Below are positions 14,102 to 27,312 of a stretch of DNA of 64,000 nt, one piece after another. This stretch comes from Octopus vulgaris (Eukaryota), in contig OX597818.1 of assembly GCA_951406725.2 (NCBI GenBank), positions 92,132,001 to 92,196,000 of the forward strand, written 5' to 3'. Under the pieces are notes generated by a model. That model searched no databases and was not told the DNA's origin. It was given only the letters and a program-made list of their open reading frames with translations. A program made the translations under genes and the position numbers. Positions within the stretch are counted from its first letter, which is position 1, and every line of letters starts with the position of its first letter.

Positions 14102-14104
<3 letters not shown>

Positions 14105-14451
14105 AATTGAGATAGGGGTTGTAAATGCAACCCTCCATGAGATAACATATATCTAATATACTGCTAGTGAAGTACCCAACAAAGTTTATGCATAAATGTT
14201 AAGGATTGCGATGCAATCGATGCATTTACTGTATTATATGGGCAAAGGTAAAATGATTTACCACAAATTACTAATACAAGATAAGAAAATGGAGAAATAC
14301 ATCTAAATCAAATATCAATTACCAGATAATACTCAATCACATACTTTATTAAACCACCACATCTCTTATGTGGTGGTTTAATAAAGTATGTGATTGAGTA
14401 TTATCTGGTAATTGATATTTGATTTAGATGTATTTCTCCATTTTCTTATCT

Positions 14452-14456
<5 letters not shown>
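14102..14456 (-). mobile_element. Fold-back PLE-like terminus with perfect 89-bp arms (14274-14362 and 14368-14456)
   Basis: Perfect inverted repeat with a 5-nt loop (ctctt), an unpaired tail of about 170 nt, and (TA)n on both sides. Confidence 0.8.
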
Positions 14457-14491
<35 letters not shown>

Positions 14492-14494
<3 letters not shown>

Positions 14495-14706
14495 CATCGA
14501 AGTCGACTTTGCCTTTCATCCTCTCGGGGTCGATAATTAAGTACCAGTTACGCATTGGGGTCGATGTAATCGACTTAATCCGTTTGTCTGTCCTTGTTTG
14601 TCCTCTGTGTTTAGCCCCTTGTGGGTAGTAAAGAAATAGGTATTTCGTCTGCCGCTACGTTCTGAGTTCAAATTCCGCCTAGGTCAGCTTTGCCTTATTC
14701 AGGTAC

Positions 14707-14765
<59 letters not shown>

Positions 14766-15230
14766 CATCGAAAAATTTCCCAAAGATACCTGATGAAGGC
14801 TAGAGGGTGTATCAGCCGAAACGTTGTGTTAACAACAAACAAGATGAGGTCAAATATCCGTCAAATGTAAGTAATGTACATAATTTCTCATCTCTTAAAT
14901 ATAGAACTGGTACTTAATTTATCAACCCCAAAAGGATGAAATGCAAAGTCAACCTCGGCGGAATTTGAACTCAGAACGTAAAGACAGACGAAATATCTAT
15001 TTCTTTACTACCCACAAGGGGCTAAACACAGAGAGGACAAACAAGGACAGACAAACGAATTAAGTTGATTATATCGACCCCAGTGCGTAACTGGTACTTA
15101 ATTTATCGACCCCGAAAGGATGAAAGGCAAAGTCAACCTCAGCGGAATTTGAACTCAGAACGTAGCGGCAGACGAAATACCGCTAAGCATTTCGCCAAGC
15201 GTGCTAACGTTTTTTACCAGCTCGCCGCCC
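14492..15230. mobile_element. Cluster of SINE family B fragments in both orientations
   Basis: gtcgactttgcctttcatcc on the plus strand at about 14501, and two tandem minus-strand copies at about 14910-15230. Confidence 0.7.
14785..14830 (+). ncRNA. Minimal type I hammerhead ribozyme (canonical core) in an (AAT)n-anchored short repeat (14765-14905)
   Basis: gauac CUGAUGA a ggcu...agcc GAAA cg UU guguu, with palindromic stem III (AACGUU). Confidence 0.7.
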
Positions 15231-15534
15231 TAATGTCAACAGTTTCTGAAGATACTAAGTTTGTATTTGTGAAATATTTGCCTCTAGTTTCTAACAAGTC
15301 GAGCTACCACCGAGACTCTTTCCCTATCTTTAGTTATCATTGTTGTTGCTTTTGTTGTTGTTGGCAGTGGTGGTAGTGTGCTGGAGGTAAGAATGGTGAT
15401 GGTAGTTATGGTTGTGGTTGTGGTCGTTGTGCTGGCATTTGGGACAGTTGTGGTGCAGTTATGGTAGCAACCGTTATAGTAACGGATGACTTTCTTTTAT
15501 TGTCCACAAGGAGCCCGTCACAGTAACGGAGCAC

Positions 15535-16030
15535 TGTGGTAGTGGTAGTGGTATTTGGGGTAGTGTTGGTTGTGACGGTGGTGGCGGTGGTGGTGGTGGT
15601 GGTGGTGGTGGTGGTGGTGGTGGTGGTGGTGGTGGTGGTGGTGGTGGTGGTGGTGGTGGTGGTTGTTATCGTGGTGGGGTTGCCGGCGCTGGTGTCGGCA
15701 GTGGTGCAGGTAGCAGTGGTATTGTAACGGAGGTAGATTTTTTGTTATTGGTGTTAGTGGTGCTGGTGATAGTAATGCTGGTGGTGGTGGTTATGGTTGT
15801 TGTCGTGGTGATGGTTGTGGTTGTGTCGGTGGTGGTTGTTGTTCAGGTGCCAGTGGCTGTAGCTATTATTGTAATGGAAGTAGGTATGATGGTGTGAGAT
15901 GTCTTTATTATTGTTGTTGTTGTTGTTAGTGGCGGTGGTGTTGGTGGTCGTCGTCGTGGTATGGTGCAGGTGGTAGTACCCATTAGTATCAGTAATGGAG
16001 ATAGGTATGGTATTGTTGTTATTGTTGTTA
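15535..16030. repeat. (GGT)n/(GTT)n low-complexity tract
   Basis: Trinucleotide repeats; the poly-V ORF is an artefact. Confidence 0.9.
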
Positions 16031-16048
16031 TTGTTTAGGCATAAGTTA

Positions 16049-16307
16049 GATACTACTTAAGAAGAGTAGTCCCGGTGCGCGTACTCGCGCATCCACGCTA
16101 GCTAGTCGTGACTAGTCGATCCTACAACGATTCTCTAGCAAAGTAAATAAAACACAAAATAAATATTTTTTTTTTACAGAAAGAGAATAAATTTTTTAAA
16201 CCAAAATAAAACATAAAAGCACAAAGGATCGACTAGTCACGACTAGCTAGCGCGGATGCGCGAGTAGGCGAGTGCGCGCACCGGGTCCACTCTTCTTAAG
16301 TAGTACC
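16049..16307. mobile_element. Merlin-like MITE
   Basis: TIRs of about 75 bp (gatactacttaagaagag / ctcttcttaagtagtacc) and a 9-bp TSD cataagtta at 16040-16048 and 16308-16316. GG..CC ends with an 8-9 bp TSD fit the Merlin superfamily. Confidence 0.75.
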
Positions 16308-16368
16308 CATAAGTTAGAGATAATCGAACAGACCTATGATTTGATATACTCCAGTTGTGACCATCCCA

Positions 16369-16766
16369 GGCGCAGGAGTGGCTGTGTGGTAAGTAGCTTG
16401 CTAACCAACCACATGGTTCCGGGTTCAATCCCACTGCGTGGCATCTTGGGCAATTGTCTTCTGCTATAGCCCCAGGCCGACCAATGCCTTGTGAGTGGAT
16501 TTGGTAGACGGAAACTGAAAGAAGCCTGTCGTATATATGTATATATATATATATGAGTATGTGTTTTTGTGTCTGTGTTTGTCCCCCTATCATTGCTTGA
16601 CAACCGATGCTGGTGTGTTTACGTTCCCGTCACTTAGCGGTTCGGCAAAAGAGACCGATAGAATAAGTACTGGGCTTAAAAAGAATAAGTCCCGGGGTCG
16701 ATTTGCTCGACTAAAGGCGGTGCTCCAGCATGGCCGCAGTCGAATGACTGAAACAAGTAAAAGAGT
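16369..16766 (+). mobile_element. SINE family A, full length and young
   Basis: Nearly identical to the copy at 23742-24158. Confidence 0.9.
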
Positions 16767-17155
16767 ATCCCGTCTACTCATATGTTCAAAGAACCTAGGT
16801 TTGCCTTTCCCAAAGTGTCCTCCAATAAAACAATAGACTGTGATTTAAAGGAGATTTGGTTGTTATTTCTTGTATGTTGAGCAACAATGGAGAAGTTCCC
16901 TCTTTAATTGGTGGTGGCAGTTATTTTTCTGTTGCAGTAATGACAGCATCAAAATCAAAGATAAAGAGAGATGGGAGGAAGGAAGGGAGAGAAGATGACA
17001 GGTAGACGGACTGATAGGCGGACAGACAGGTAGACGGGCAAATAGGCAGACGAACGGACAGACAGTGAGAAAAAGAAAGTAGTGAGAATCAGGAAAGAAT
17101 GATAGACAGGTGGTTTCTGTGAGAGATGCTTAATGGGTGGATCTGTCTGTATGTA

Positions 17156-17188
<33 letters not shown>

Positions 17189-17335
17189 AAGAGAGAGAGA
17201 GCGGGAGAGAGAGAAGGGGAGAGAAAGACAGCGGGGGAGAGAGAGAAAGAGAGAGAGAGAGCGGGAGAGTGAGGGAGTCGGGTATAGAGATAACCGATGA
17301 ATGAAAGTGAAGCAGGGAACAAAGCGACAGAGAGG

Positions 17336-17420
<85 letters not shown>

Positions 17421-17452
17421 GGAGGGAGAGAGAGAAAGAGAGAGAGAGAGAG

Positions 17453-17491
<39 letters not shown>

Positions 17492-17620
17492 GCGTGTGTG
17501 TGTGCGCGTGTGTTTTACGTGAAAATGATAGGCAAGGAAGCAGGCAGCGATTTCTATAGAGCAAATGAGGGTGGCAGTCGGAGCATGAGGGAACACGGAG
17601 AGATACAGGAAGCGAGAAGG

Positions 17621-17671
<51 letters not shown>

Positions 17672-18801
17672 CAGGGAGAAAGAGTAACTTTGAGCAAAAG
17701 ATGAATATAGTAGCAGTGGGAGGTTGGTTGAGAGAAAGATTTAGAAATTAAGCTGTAGAAAGAGAGTGTGAGAGAGAGAGAAGGGAGAGAGAGAGAGAGA
17801 GAGAGAGTGAATGAGAGTAAGAGCAGGTTGGAAGAGAGAATGTATGTGGGTGTGTATGTTTGTGAGTGTTATAAGGCTTCTCTTTACACAGCATCTCGCT
17901 GCAGTGTGAGAGAGAAGAGCCAATTGTTATGATGGGACCACATCAGTTTCGGATTGCCTTACTGTGGATTATCTATGAAATATGTATGATGTTTACATTT
18001 ACTAAAGGTAAGCACATTGTATTGTATAGGCATATAAATACACGGACACACGGACACACGGACACACACATTCACTAAAGCAAGCACATTGTACTGTATA
18101 GGCATAAAAACACGGGCACACACATTCACTAATGTAAAGCACATTGTATTGTTTTGGCATATATTTTATATACACGCGGACAAACACACGCACAAACACA
18201 AACATGCACACACACACTCACATACACGCACACACACATTCACATACACGCACACACAATACAAACAGGCACTCAGACATGCACTAATACACGCATTCGC
18301 ACACGCGCACACAGACACATGCAAGCGTACGCCCATAGACAGACATACGCACAAAAATGTTTAACACTTTTGCGTGAATCCATGCGCATACAAGCAAATC
18401 TATGTGTGTGTGTGTAATTGTGTATGTGTGTTTGTTTGTGTGCGTATGTGCGCGTGCGCGTGAGCGTGTGTGTGAGTGTGTGTGTATATGCAAAGCTAGT
18501 TAGTATGTATGAATGCATGCATACAAAAAAAGTAGAGCTAAAAAGTAGAGCTAAAATTATGTAAATTAATGTAAGGATAATACAAGATATACACCTAAAA
18601 CAAATAAGCTAGTTCGACTGTAGATATACATACATACTTTTTATATATATATATATATAAATGCATTTGTACATATATACATACATACACAGATACATAC
18701 ATACACACACACACACACACATGTATACACTACAGACACATGTATGCCTGCGCATCGATGTATGTGTCTGAGTACTTTTAAGTAGAATCTTTGCGTTTAG
18801 A

Positions 18802-18943
<142 letters not shown>

Positions 18944-19023
18944 ACGGGAAGCTTTATGAAAATAAACAAAAGACGAAGGCAGGTGGAAAACAAACGAACA
19001 ATTGTATTAGTATGTATATATAC

Positions 19024-19100
<77 letters not shown>

Positions 19101-19103
<3 letters not shown>

Positions 19104-19273
19104 CGGAGATGTACTTGCATAGTAAGTGATTTGATCTGAGATCGTGTGCTGAAACGAAAACAATTGCAGCGTGGAAGGTGTTTTTAAGCCATTTAAGAAA
19201 CACACAAAACTGTTAGATTCACTTCAACATTTAAGTTTAATTTGTCAAATTAAACCTTCCACGCTGCAATTGT
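19101..19273 (-). mobile_element. Short fold-back PLE-like terminus (same family as 35450-35803)
   Basis: Starts acggagatgtacttgcatag, has the inverted arm accttccacgctgcaattgtt, and is embedded in (TA)n. Confidence 0.7.
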
Positions 19274-20065
19274 TATATATATATATATATATATATATAA
19301 GTAAAATCTGCGTGTCTATAATACACACACACACACACACATAAACACAAGACAGGGGGACAGACTGATAGACGATGCTGAGCGTTACCTATGATAGTTT
19401 TCAAACAACTGCAAGCACGTGTGCACGGACACGGATAAGCGTACACGCGTCATAGCATGTCTGCCTTGTATGTTTGTGCGTGTGTGTGTTGTCTGGCTGC
19501 GTGTCTGGTTGTGTGTGGTTATCTGTGTGGTCTGCATGCCTTTATGTATATAAGTATGTCTCTGTATGTGCGTGTGTGTGTGTGAGTGTACATGCAAACA
19601 CACACATATGCACACATACACACACACACATGCACACAGAATCGTACACATAGATACAGGGTGAGTGAGAGATAGAAAGAAAGAGTTCATACAAAATTCT
19701 TGCCGTTTTGTCACACCCTTTCAGCATCTATAATTACATACAAACATGAAATTTTTTTTATACAAATGCGTGCACACACACTCATACACACACATACACA
19801 CACATACACACGCATGCATACAGAAATACACATATATACACACACACACGTTTATACTCATATGCGTGCATACATACAATTAAATTGTAGCTAACACACA
19901 AACACTGAGTTTGTTTATGTTTTATCGAAGCAAAACAGCGGGTCTCTCTGCCTAGGCTCATGCCTTCTATGATTTATATAGCTTAGCAGCATTTCTCCTA
20001 CGATGTAGTCTTCTTTGAGGTTTTCTGTTCCTATTTACATATATAAATCTGACTACTTTACTTTA

Positions 20066-20197
<132 letters not shown>

Positions 20198-20297
20198 ACC
20201 TTCATTTCTTTCTATGCATGCCTACCACTCAGTGTGCCACTCTGTTTACTTGTATATATAGATGTGTGCATAAGTATATACTTACGCGTGTGTAAAT

Positions 20298-20337
<40 letters not shown>

Positions 20338-20398
20338 TCACATACACACAAACTTACTAATGTGTGTGCGAGTCACTGTTCGCAAGTGTATGTGACGC

Positions 20399-20461
<63 letters not shown>

Positions 20462-21039
20462 ATCCAAACAAGAAAACACAGAAAAAAACACAGCAACGCG
20501 AGGACGTGGAACAATTAAAGTATTATTTGACGACTCAATGCACACACACACACACACACACATTCATATATATATGTGTGTGTGTGTGTGTATTATATAA
20601 TGTTGCGTAAACATCTGTGTATCAATTGATATATAATATATGTGTTTATGTGTGTGCTTGTTCGTACGTGTTAAGCAGTGGTGCGTGTGTGTGTGTGTAT
20701 ATATGATTGTGTATATGTGTATGTATTTGTGTGTGTATGTGTCTGTGTGTAAGTATGTGTGCGTGAGAGAATAAGTGACAGACAGACAGACAGACAGACA
20801 CCCAGACAGAGTTTTGGGTCTGTTATAAACGTGGTTAAGAAGTTTATTTCACAGCCACGTGTTTTGCGGTTTCAGTCCTACACAATGGACTCTTGAACAC
20901 GTGCGTTCCTTTAGTAATTGAATCATGAATTGAATAATTCTTTGAGAGTGAAATTTGGTGGACAGAAATCCCATCTTGTGTCCCATATATGTGTCCATGC
21001 TATCGCGCGCGTGGAAACCTATACTCTTATTATACACTT

Positions 21040-21254
21040 TTACTTGCTTCAGTCATTTGACTGTGGCCATGCTGAAGCACCGCCTTTAGTCGAGCAAATC
21101 GCCCTCAGGACTTTATTCTTTGTAAACCTCGTACTTACTCTAACGGTCTCTTTTGCCGAACCGCTAGGTTACGGTGACGTAAACACACCGGCATCGGTTG
21201 TCAAGCGATGTTGGGAGACAAACACAGACACACAAACATACACACACACACACG

Positions 21255-21302
<48 letters not shown>

Positions 21303-21464
21303 TTTTTGCTTGTCCTGTTCCTTGGTTTGTGTCTATGTTTTTCGTCTCTCTATGTGTTCGACGTCTTTTTGGTGTCCTGTACACATATATGCGTGTATAT
21401 GTACATGTAGAGGTAGGTACGTACATATTTGTTTATATATACGCATATGTTCTATTTTATTAAC

Positions 21465-21515
<51 letters not shown>

Positions 21516-21690
21516 GTACATATATACGACGGGCTTCTTTCAGTTTCTGTTTACCAAATCCACTCACAAGGCTTTGGTTGGCCCGAGGCTATAGTAGAAG
21601 ACACTTGCCCAAGGTACCACGAAGTGGGATTGAACCCGGAACTATCTGGTTCGGAAGCAAGTTACTTACCACACAGCCACTCCTATGCCT
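21040..21690 (-). mobile_element. SINE family A with a foreign insert (21298-21465) in its internal (TA)n
   Basis: The SINE halves flank the insert, which resembles the reverse complement of 3858-3930. Confidence 0.75.
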
Positions 21691-21909
21691 ATATCTTTAA
21701 TATTTTACTTGTTTCAGACACTGGACTTGTACTCATTTTATCGATCACTTTGGAAGAATAGCTACGTTAAGCGTAAACAAACCAACACCGGTTGTCAAGC
21801 GATGATGGGGGATAAATACAAACACAAAGCGACACAAATTGTACACACACACACACACACACGCACACAAATACATACCTACACACACATATATATGTAA
21901 ATATATATA

Positions 21910-22168
21910 TCGTCAACGTATCATATATCTGAAAAAGAAATACACTCTAATAACAGACTAAGGGATAAAATATCCGTATATACTTTCATTATCCATTACC
22001 CGTATTATCCCCGGACATTGGTGTGCAGACACACTATGCACGTAGAGGGCAGGTAACACCAGGATGAACAAGCGTTTATCAGGAACCAATCCAAATGATC
22101 AAAAAATGGAGAAAATAATCAGATATCGATGTGTTTGTTAATCTGAGGTTTTCTCCATTTTCTGATTT
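21910..22168 (-). mobile_element. PLE-like terminus with a short fold-back
   Basis: Shares actaagggataa and aaaatggag motifs with 6713-7230; arms aaaatggagaaaataatcagat / atctgaggttttctccatttt. Confidence 0.55.
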
Positions 22169-22395
22169 TATATATATATATATAAAACTTAGATGACCAA
22201 AGATTGATCCAGGCCATGTCTAAATTAATAGTACTACCTGATAGGATTATCTAAATCTTTTTTATGTCAAGTTTTGTGGTTTCATGGTTCATTCGAGTAG
22301 GGAGTTCTTGTTTAGTGAATTGTATCCAGGTATTGGTGGCTTATCTGGTATTCCTTGAAGAAATTTGTCCAGATTCCGTTTAAAGGTAATAGGAT

Positions 22396-22463
<68 letters not shown>

Positions 22464-22954
22464 TAAACGTTAAAAAAACACAAACTGGGACAAGAACGTG
22501 AAACATTTTGAAGACGGCAAAAAAACACACAGACGGGACTTTCGAAGCTCTCAGTCATCAGTCAAGAATCAGATCATCTTCGCAATTTCGGCTGATTAAT
22601 CTTGAGATTGCTCCAATCTGGGCAGCCTGCCAAGGGAAATCTAAGCCAATCGCATTAGATTCCTTGGAAGAAAACCTCGAAAGTATACAACACGGTGACG
22701 GAAAAACGGACGATGTTACTCGAAAAAAAAAATTCAAAAATACGTAAAATATATATACAAAATAAGAAAATGGAGGAATAGATTCCTTTCACTCATCAAC
22801 TTACAGATAATACCAATTCATATAATTTATTAACTAATTAAATAGGAACATCGAAATCCAACAGAATAAAACAGAATAAAACAATATACATCAATAAGTA
22901 AGATAATATATAATATACATGTACTTACATATAAGATAAAGGGTACGTACGTCG

Positions 22955-22994
<40 letters not shown>

Positions 22995-22996
<2 letters not shown>

Positions 22997-23380
22997 TTGT
23001 TTGTCATTTGACTGCGGCCATGCTGGAGCACCGCCTTTAGTCGAGCAAATCGACCCCGGGACTTATTCTTTGTAAGCCCAGTACTTATTTTATCGGTCTT
23101 TTTTGCCGAACCGGGTACGTAAACACACCAGCATAGGTTGTCAAGCAATGCTAGAGGGACAAACTCAGGCACACAAACATATACACACACATACATATAA
23201 ATATATATACATATATACGACAGGCTTCTTTCAGTTTCCGTCTACCAAATCCACTCACAAGGCATTGGTCGGCCCAAGGCTATAGAAGAAGACACTTGCC
23301 CAAGATGCCACGCAGTGGGACTGAGCCCGGAACCATGTGGTTGGTAGGCAAGCTACTTACCACACAGCCACTCCTGCGCC
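22995..23380 (-). mobile_element. SINE family A
   Basis: Full head-to-tail match; lies head-to-head with the plus-strand copy at 23742. Confidence 0.85.
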
Positions 23381-23604
23381 TATATGTAAAAAAAATACAA
23401 ACTGGGACAAGAACGCAAAACACTTAGAAGACGATACAAAAAACACGGACGGGACATTCGAAGCCTTTAGCCGAAATTGCGAGGATGATCCGGTTCTTGA
23501 CTGGAGATTGAAGGCTTCGAATGTCCCGTCCGTGTTTTTTTGTATCGTCTTCTAAATGTTTTGCGTTCTTGTCCCAGTTTGTATTTTTTTACATTTATAT
23601 GGCG
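23381..23604. mobile_element. Fold-back of a TA-associated repeat family (related copies at 22462-22747 and 42213-42340)
   Basis: Arms of about 85 bp: aaaatacaaactgggacaagaacg...cgaagcct / aggcttcg...cgttcttgtcccagtttgtatttt. Confidence 0.7.
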
Positions 23605-23741
23605 GTGCCCCAGCATGGCCACAGCTCGTGAGCTGAAACTAGATAAAAAGAAAAAAAAAATATATATATATATATTTTTAAAGGATCATGTCAACCTCGG
23701 TTCTTTTATTGCAATCTGTCAACTATGTTATCCTATATATA

Positions 23742-24158
23742 GGCGCAGGAGTGGCTGTGTGGTAAGTAGCTTGCTAACCAACCACATGGCTCCGGGTTCA
23801 GTCCCACTGCGTGGCATCTTGGGCAAGTGTCTTCTGCTATAGCCCCGGGCCGACCAATACCTTGTGAGTGGATTTGGTAGACGGAAACTGAAAGAAGCCT
23901 GTCGTATATATGTATATATATATATGTGTGTGTGTATGTATGTGTGTTTGTGTGTTTGTCCCCCTAGCATTGCTTGACAACCGATGCTGGTGTGTTTACG
24001 TCCCCGTCACTTAGCGGTTCGGCAAAAGAGACCGATAGAATAAGTACTGGGCTTACAAAGAATAAGTCCCGGGGTCGATTTGCTCGACTAAAGGCGGTGC
24101 TCCAGCATGGCCGCAGTCAAATGACTGAAACAAGTAAAAGATAAAAGAAAGATAAAGA
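23742..24158 (+). mobile_element. SINE family A, full length and young
   Basis: Consensus-like head, body and tail. Confidence 0.9.
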
Positions 24159-24543
24159 TATATATACACACACAAATATCACAAATTTAGATGCATATAC
24201 ACTACTTCTCCACAGTTTCCATCAACTTAATTCCCTTACAAGACTTTGGTCGCGTAATAAGACTAAAGATGTGGTTTCAAAGCAAGCTTCCTAACCATAT
24301 AGCCATACCTTCGTATTTAATTTTCCCGATATGAAGTTTGCATCTCTTCGTATCTGAACCGGCTTCTTTATCGTATTACAGACCTCGATAACATAGTTGT
24401 CAGATTGCAATAAAAGAACCGAAGTTGACATGATCCTCAGAAATATCTTAAGGCCTTTTACTGATCTTATTCTAGTATAGCTGCCAATATCAACAATATA
24501 GCCGTGTGTGTGTGTGTGTGTGTGTGAAGGGATCCGGCCTCGC

Positions 24544-24978
24544 GGATCCTTTCGGTTTGAACGGCAGTTTTTTTTTAATAATTTCCACGTAACTAAACAC
24601 TTTAAACATTTGTATACTGGTAGAATGTGTTTATAAAACATCTTTTTCCCTTGGCTTTATTGAGAAAATTCAATAGTTTGTAAGATATTTGTTGTTGTTT
24701 TTCTTCAATTTCTGCAATTTCAACCAATCAATGACGTCTATTGAGGTAAAAAACACTCTGTGCCGTATGAATATATCCCTCGTTTAAGAAACAGATTGGG
24801 TTTATTTACATTTGTGAAGAAAAAAAAGATACCCTTTCCCCACCCCTAACCCTAATCCTAACTAACCCTAACCCAAAAACAGATTGAAATGCAATAGATC
24901 AATACTAGGGTCATAATTATGGGTGACAATTTCATATGACACCGCTAGAAAAATCTGCCGTTCAAACCGAAAAGATCC
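24544..24978. mobile_element. Merlin-like MITE with internal telomere-like repeats
   Basis: 24-bp TIR ggatcctttcggtttgaacggcag / ctgccgttcaaaccgaaaagatcc, 8-bp TSD ggcctcgc (24536-24543 and 24979-24986), and (CCCTAA)-like units at about 24843-24874. Confidence 0.8.
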
Positions 24979-25545
24979 GGCCTCGCTGTGCAGTATTGTA
25001 AGTCAGTAACTTCGTTGTTTTAAGATTTTTGCTAGAAAATTTCTGCTGAAATGCACTGCTTTTGTGTCAACTATTTTTGACAATTATAAAGAATTCAGTA
25101 AAATAACTTTGTCACGATGAACCCGGTGTCTGGAACATAAATTAACCTGAAATTTTCATGGAATATTTTAATTTGGATCATTTCAAAACAAGAAGTTACA
25201 TCGTAGGACCAACATCCGTCTCAGGGATTTTGGTATGAAAACGGTTAATACATTTAAGAACACTCATATTAATATCTTACTTTCTTTCCCCCTTCTCTCC
25301 CTCTCTTTCTTTCTCACTCTGTTGCGTCCGTTTTCTCTGTTTCCCTCTATTCGTGTATTTGTGTATGTGTGTGAATATGTGCGTGTGTGCGTGTGCATGT
25401 GTACATCCGACGTGCGTAAACAAAACAACCCTCCATACGTACACACACACACACATATGTGCGGGTCTGTATTTGTATCCCAAAATGTGCTTAGCTTATA
25501 TTTACTGTAAAAAAACGTTTTGTGTGTGTCTGTGCGTGTGTGCGC

Positions 25546-25596
<51 letters not shown>

Positions 25597-25881
25597 TGTG
25601 TATACATTTATATGGATTTATACTTACACGTGTGCAGATGCAACAAGCAGTTAATGCCATCGAGTGATAAGAGATTAGTGTTTCAAGCTTACGCAGAGAA
25701 GATAATTTCAATCTGCTTTTAATTTTTTTTTTTTTTTATAAATTTGTTTAATATCCTGTTAGTTCCGATGAGAAAGACGTGTAATGAAAGCCATGACTAT
25801 CCCATGTTTTTTCTTCTTTGGTGAGTCAAGTAGCTCGTATGATTCGCTTTTTAACGGCAAAATCAAATGGTACGTTCGTCG

Positions 25882-25923
<42 letters not shown>

Positions 25924-26150
25924 TCTTTTACTTGTTTCAGTCATTTGACGGCGACCATGCTGGAGCACCGCCTTTAGTCGAGCAAATCGACCCCGGGACT
26001 TATTCTTTGTAAGCCCAGTACTTATTTTATCGGTCTCTTTTGACAAACCGCTAAGTGACGGGGACGTAAACACACCAGCATAGGTTGTCAAGCAATGCTA
26101 GAGGGACAAACTCAGACACACAAACATATACACACACATACATATATATA

Positions 26151-26270
26151 TATACATATATACGACGGGCTTCTTTCAGTTTCCGTCTACCAAATCCACT
26201 CACAAGGTTGATATGCCACACAGGTACATACATTCTCAAGAGCACACCCATACGTATGTAAATACATCGT

Positions 26271-26358
<88 letters not shown>

Positions 26359-26600
26359 CAGAGATGAGACATATCTGCATGCATATGTATGTATTTGTAT
26401 ACATATATATATATATATATCTTTACTGTCCATAAGGGGCTAAACATCGAGGGGACAAACAAGGACAGACAAAGGGATTATATACATATATACGACGGGC
26501 TTCTTTCAGTTACCGTCTACCAAATCCACTCACAAGGTTGATATGCCACACAGGTACATACATTCTCAAGAGCACACCCATACGTATGTAAATACATCGT

Positions 26601-26698
<98 letters not shown>

Positions 26699-26759
26699 TC
26701 TTTACTGTCCATAAGGGGCTAAACATCGAGGGGACAAACAAGGACAGACAAAGGGATTA
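26151..26759 (+). repeat. Direct tandem duplication (about 26151-26480 and 26481-26759)
   Basis: A SINE A fragment, unique sequence, (GATA)n and a SINE B tail are repeated twice; the second copy lacks about 60 bp. Confidence 0.85.
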
Positions 26760-26841
26760 AGTCGATTACATCGACCACAGTGCAAGACTGGTACTTTATG
26801 TATCGACCACGAAAGGATGAAAGGCAAAGTCGACCTCGGTG

Positions 26842-26888
<47 letters not shown>

Positions 26889-27312
26889 CATAAATACATA
26901 CATACATACATACATACATACATACATTCATATACATGCATACATAAATACATACATACATACATACATACATACATAAATACATACATACATACAAACA
27001 TACATACATACATACATACATATACATATATATGTGTGTGTGTGTGTGTGCGCGCGCGCGCGCGTGTGTGTGTGTGTTCAAGCATATCAGTTCAAATATT
27101 TTTAGATCAGTTCAAATGTTTCGGGAGAACCATTCCGATTTGGCAAAGAGGACATTCTCATTTGAGGCAACAGGTGTTTTTACAAGTCAGTTATGTCCTA
27201 AACATATTTGAACTCATCCGAAAATTTGTTTAATTCCCATCACTGCTTCGTGTATCAATTACATAAGGTATATATAAACATATATATCTATATATATATA
27301 TACATTCTTATA

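Noticed and set aside
16369-16445. tRNA genes at SINE heads
   Set aside because: A and B boxes are present, but there is no complete cloverleaf and each continues into a SINE body.
22555-22665. Hammerhead in the 22462/23381/42213 family (ctgatga and cagccgaaattgcg on the minus strand)
   Set aside because: The core elements are in the wrong order or lack a UH site and stem I, so no consistent fold could be drawn.
24843-24874. Telomere or chromosome-fusion relic
   Set aside because: Only a few imperfect units, and they lie inside a TIR- and TSD-bounded MITE.
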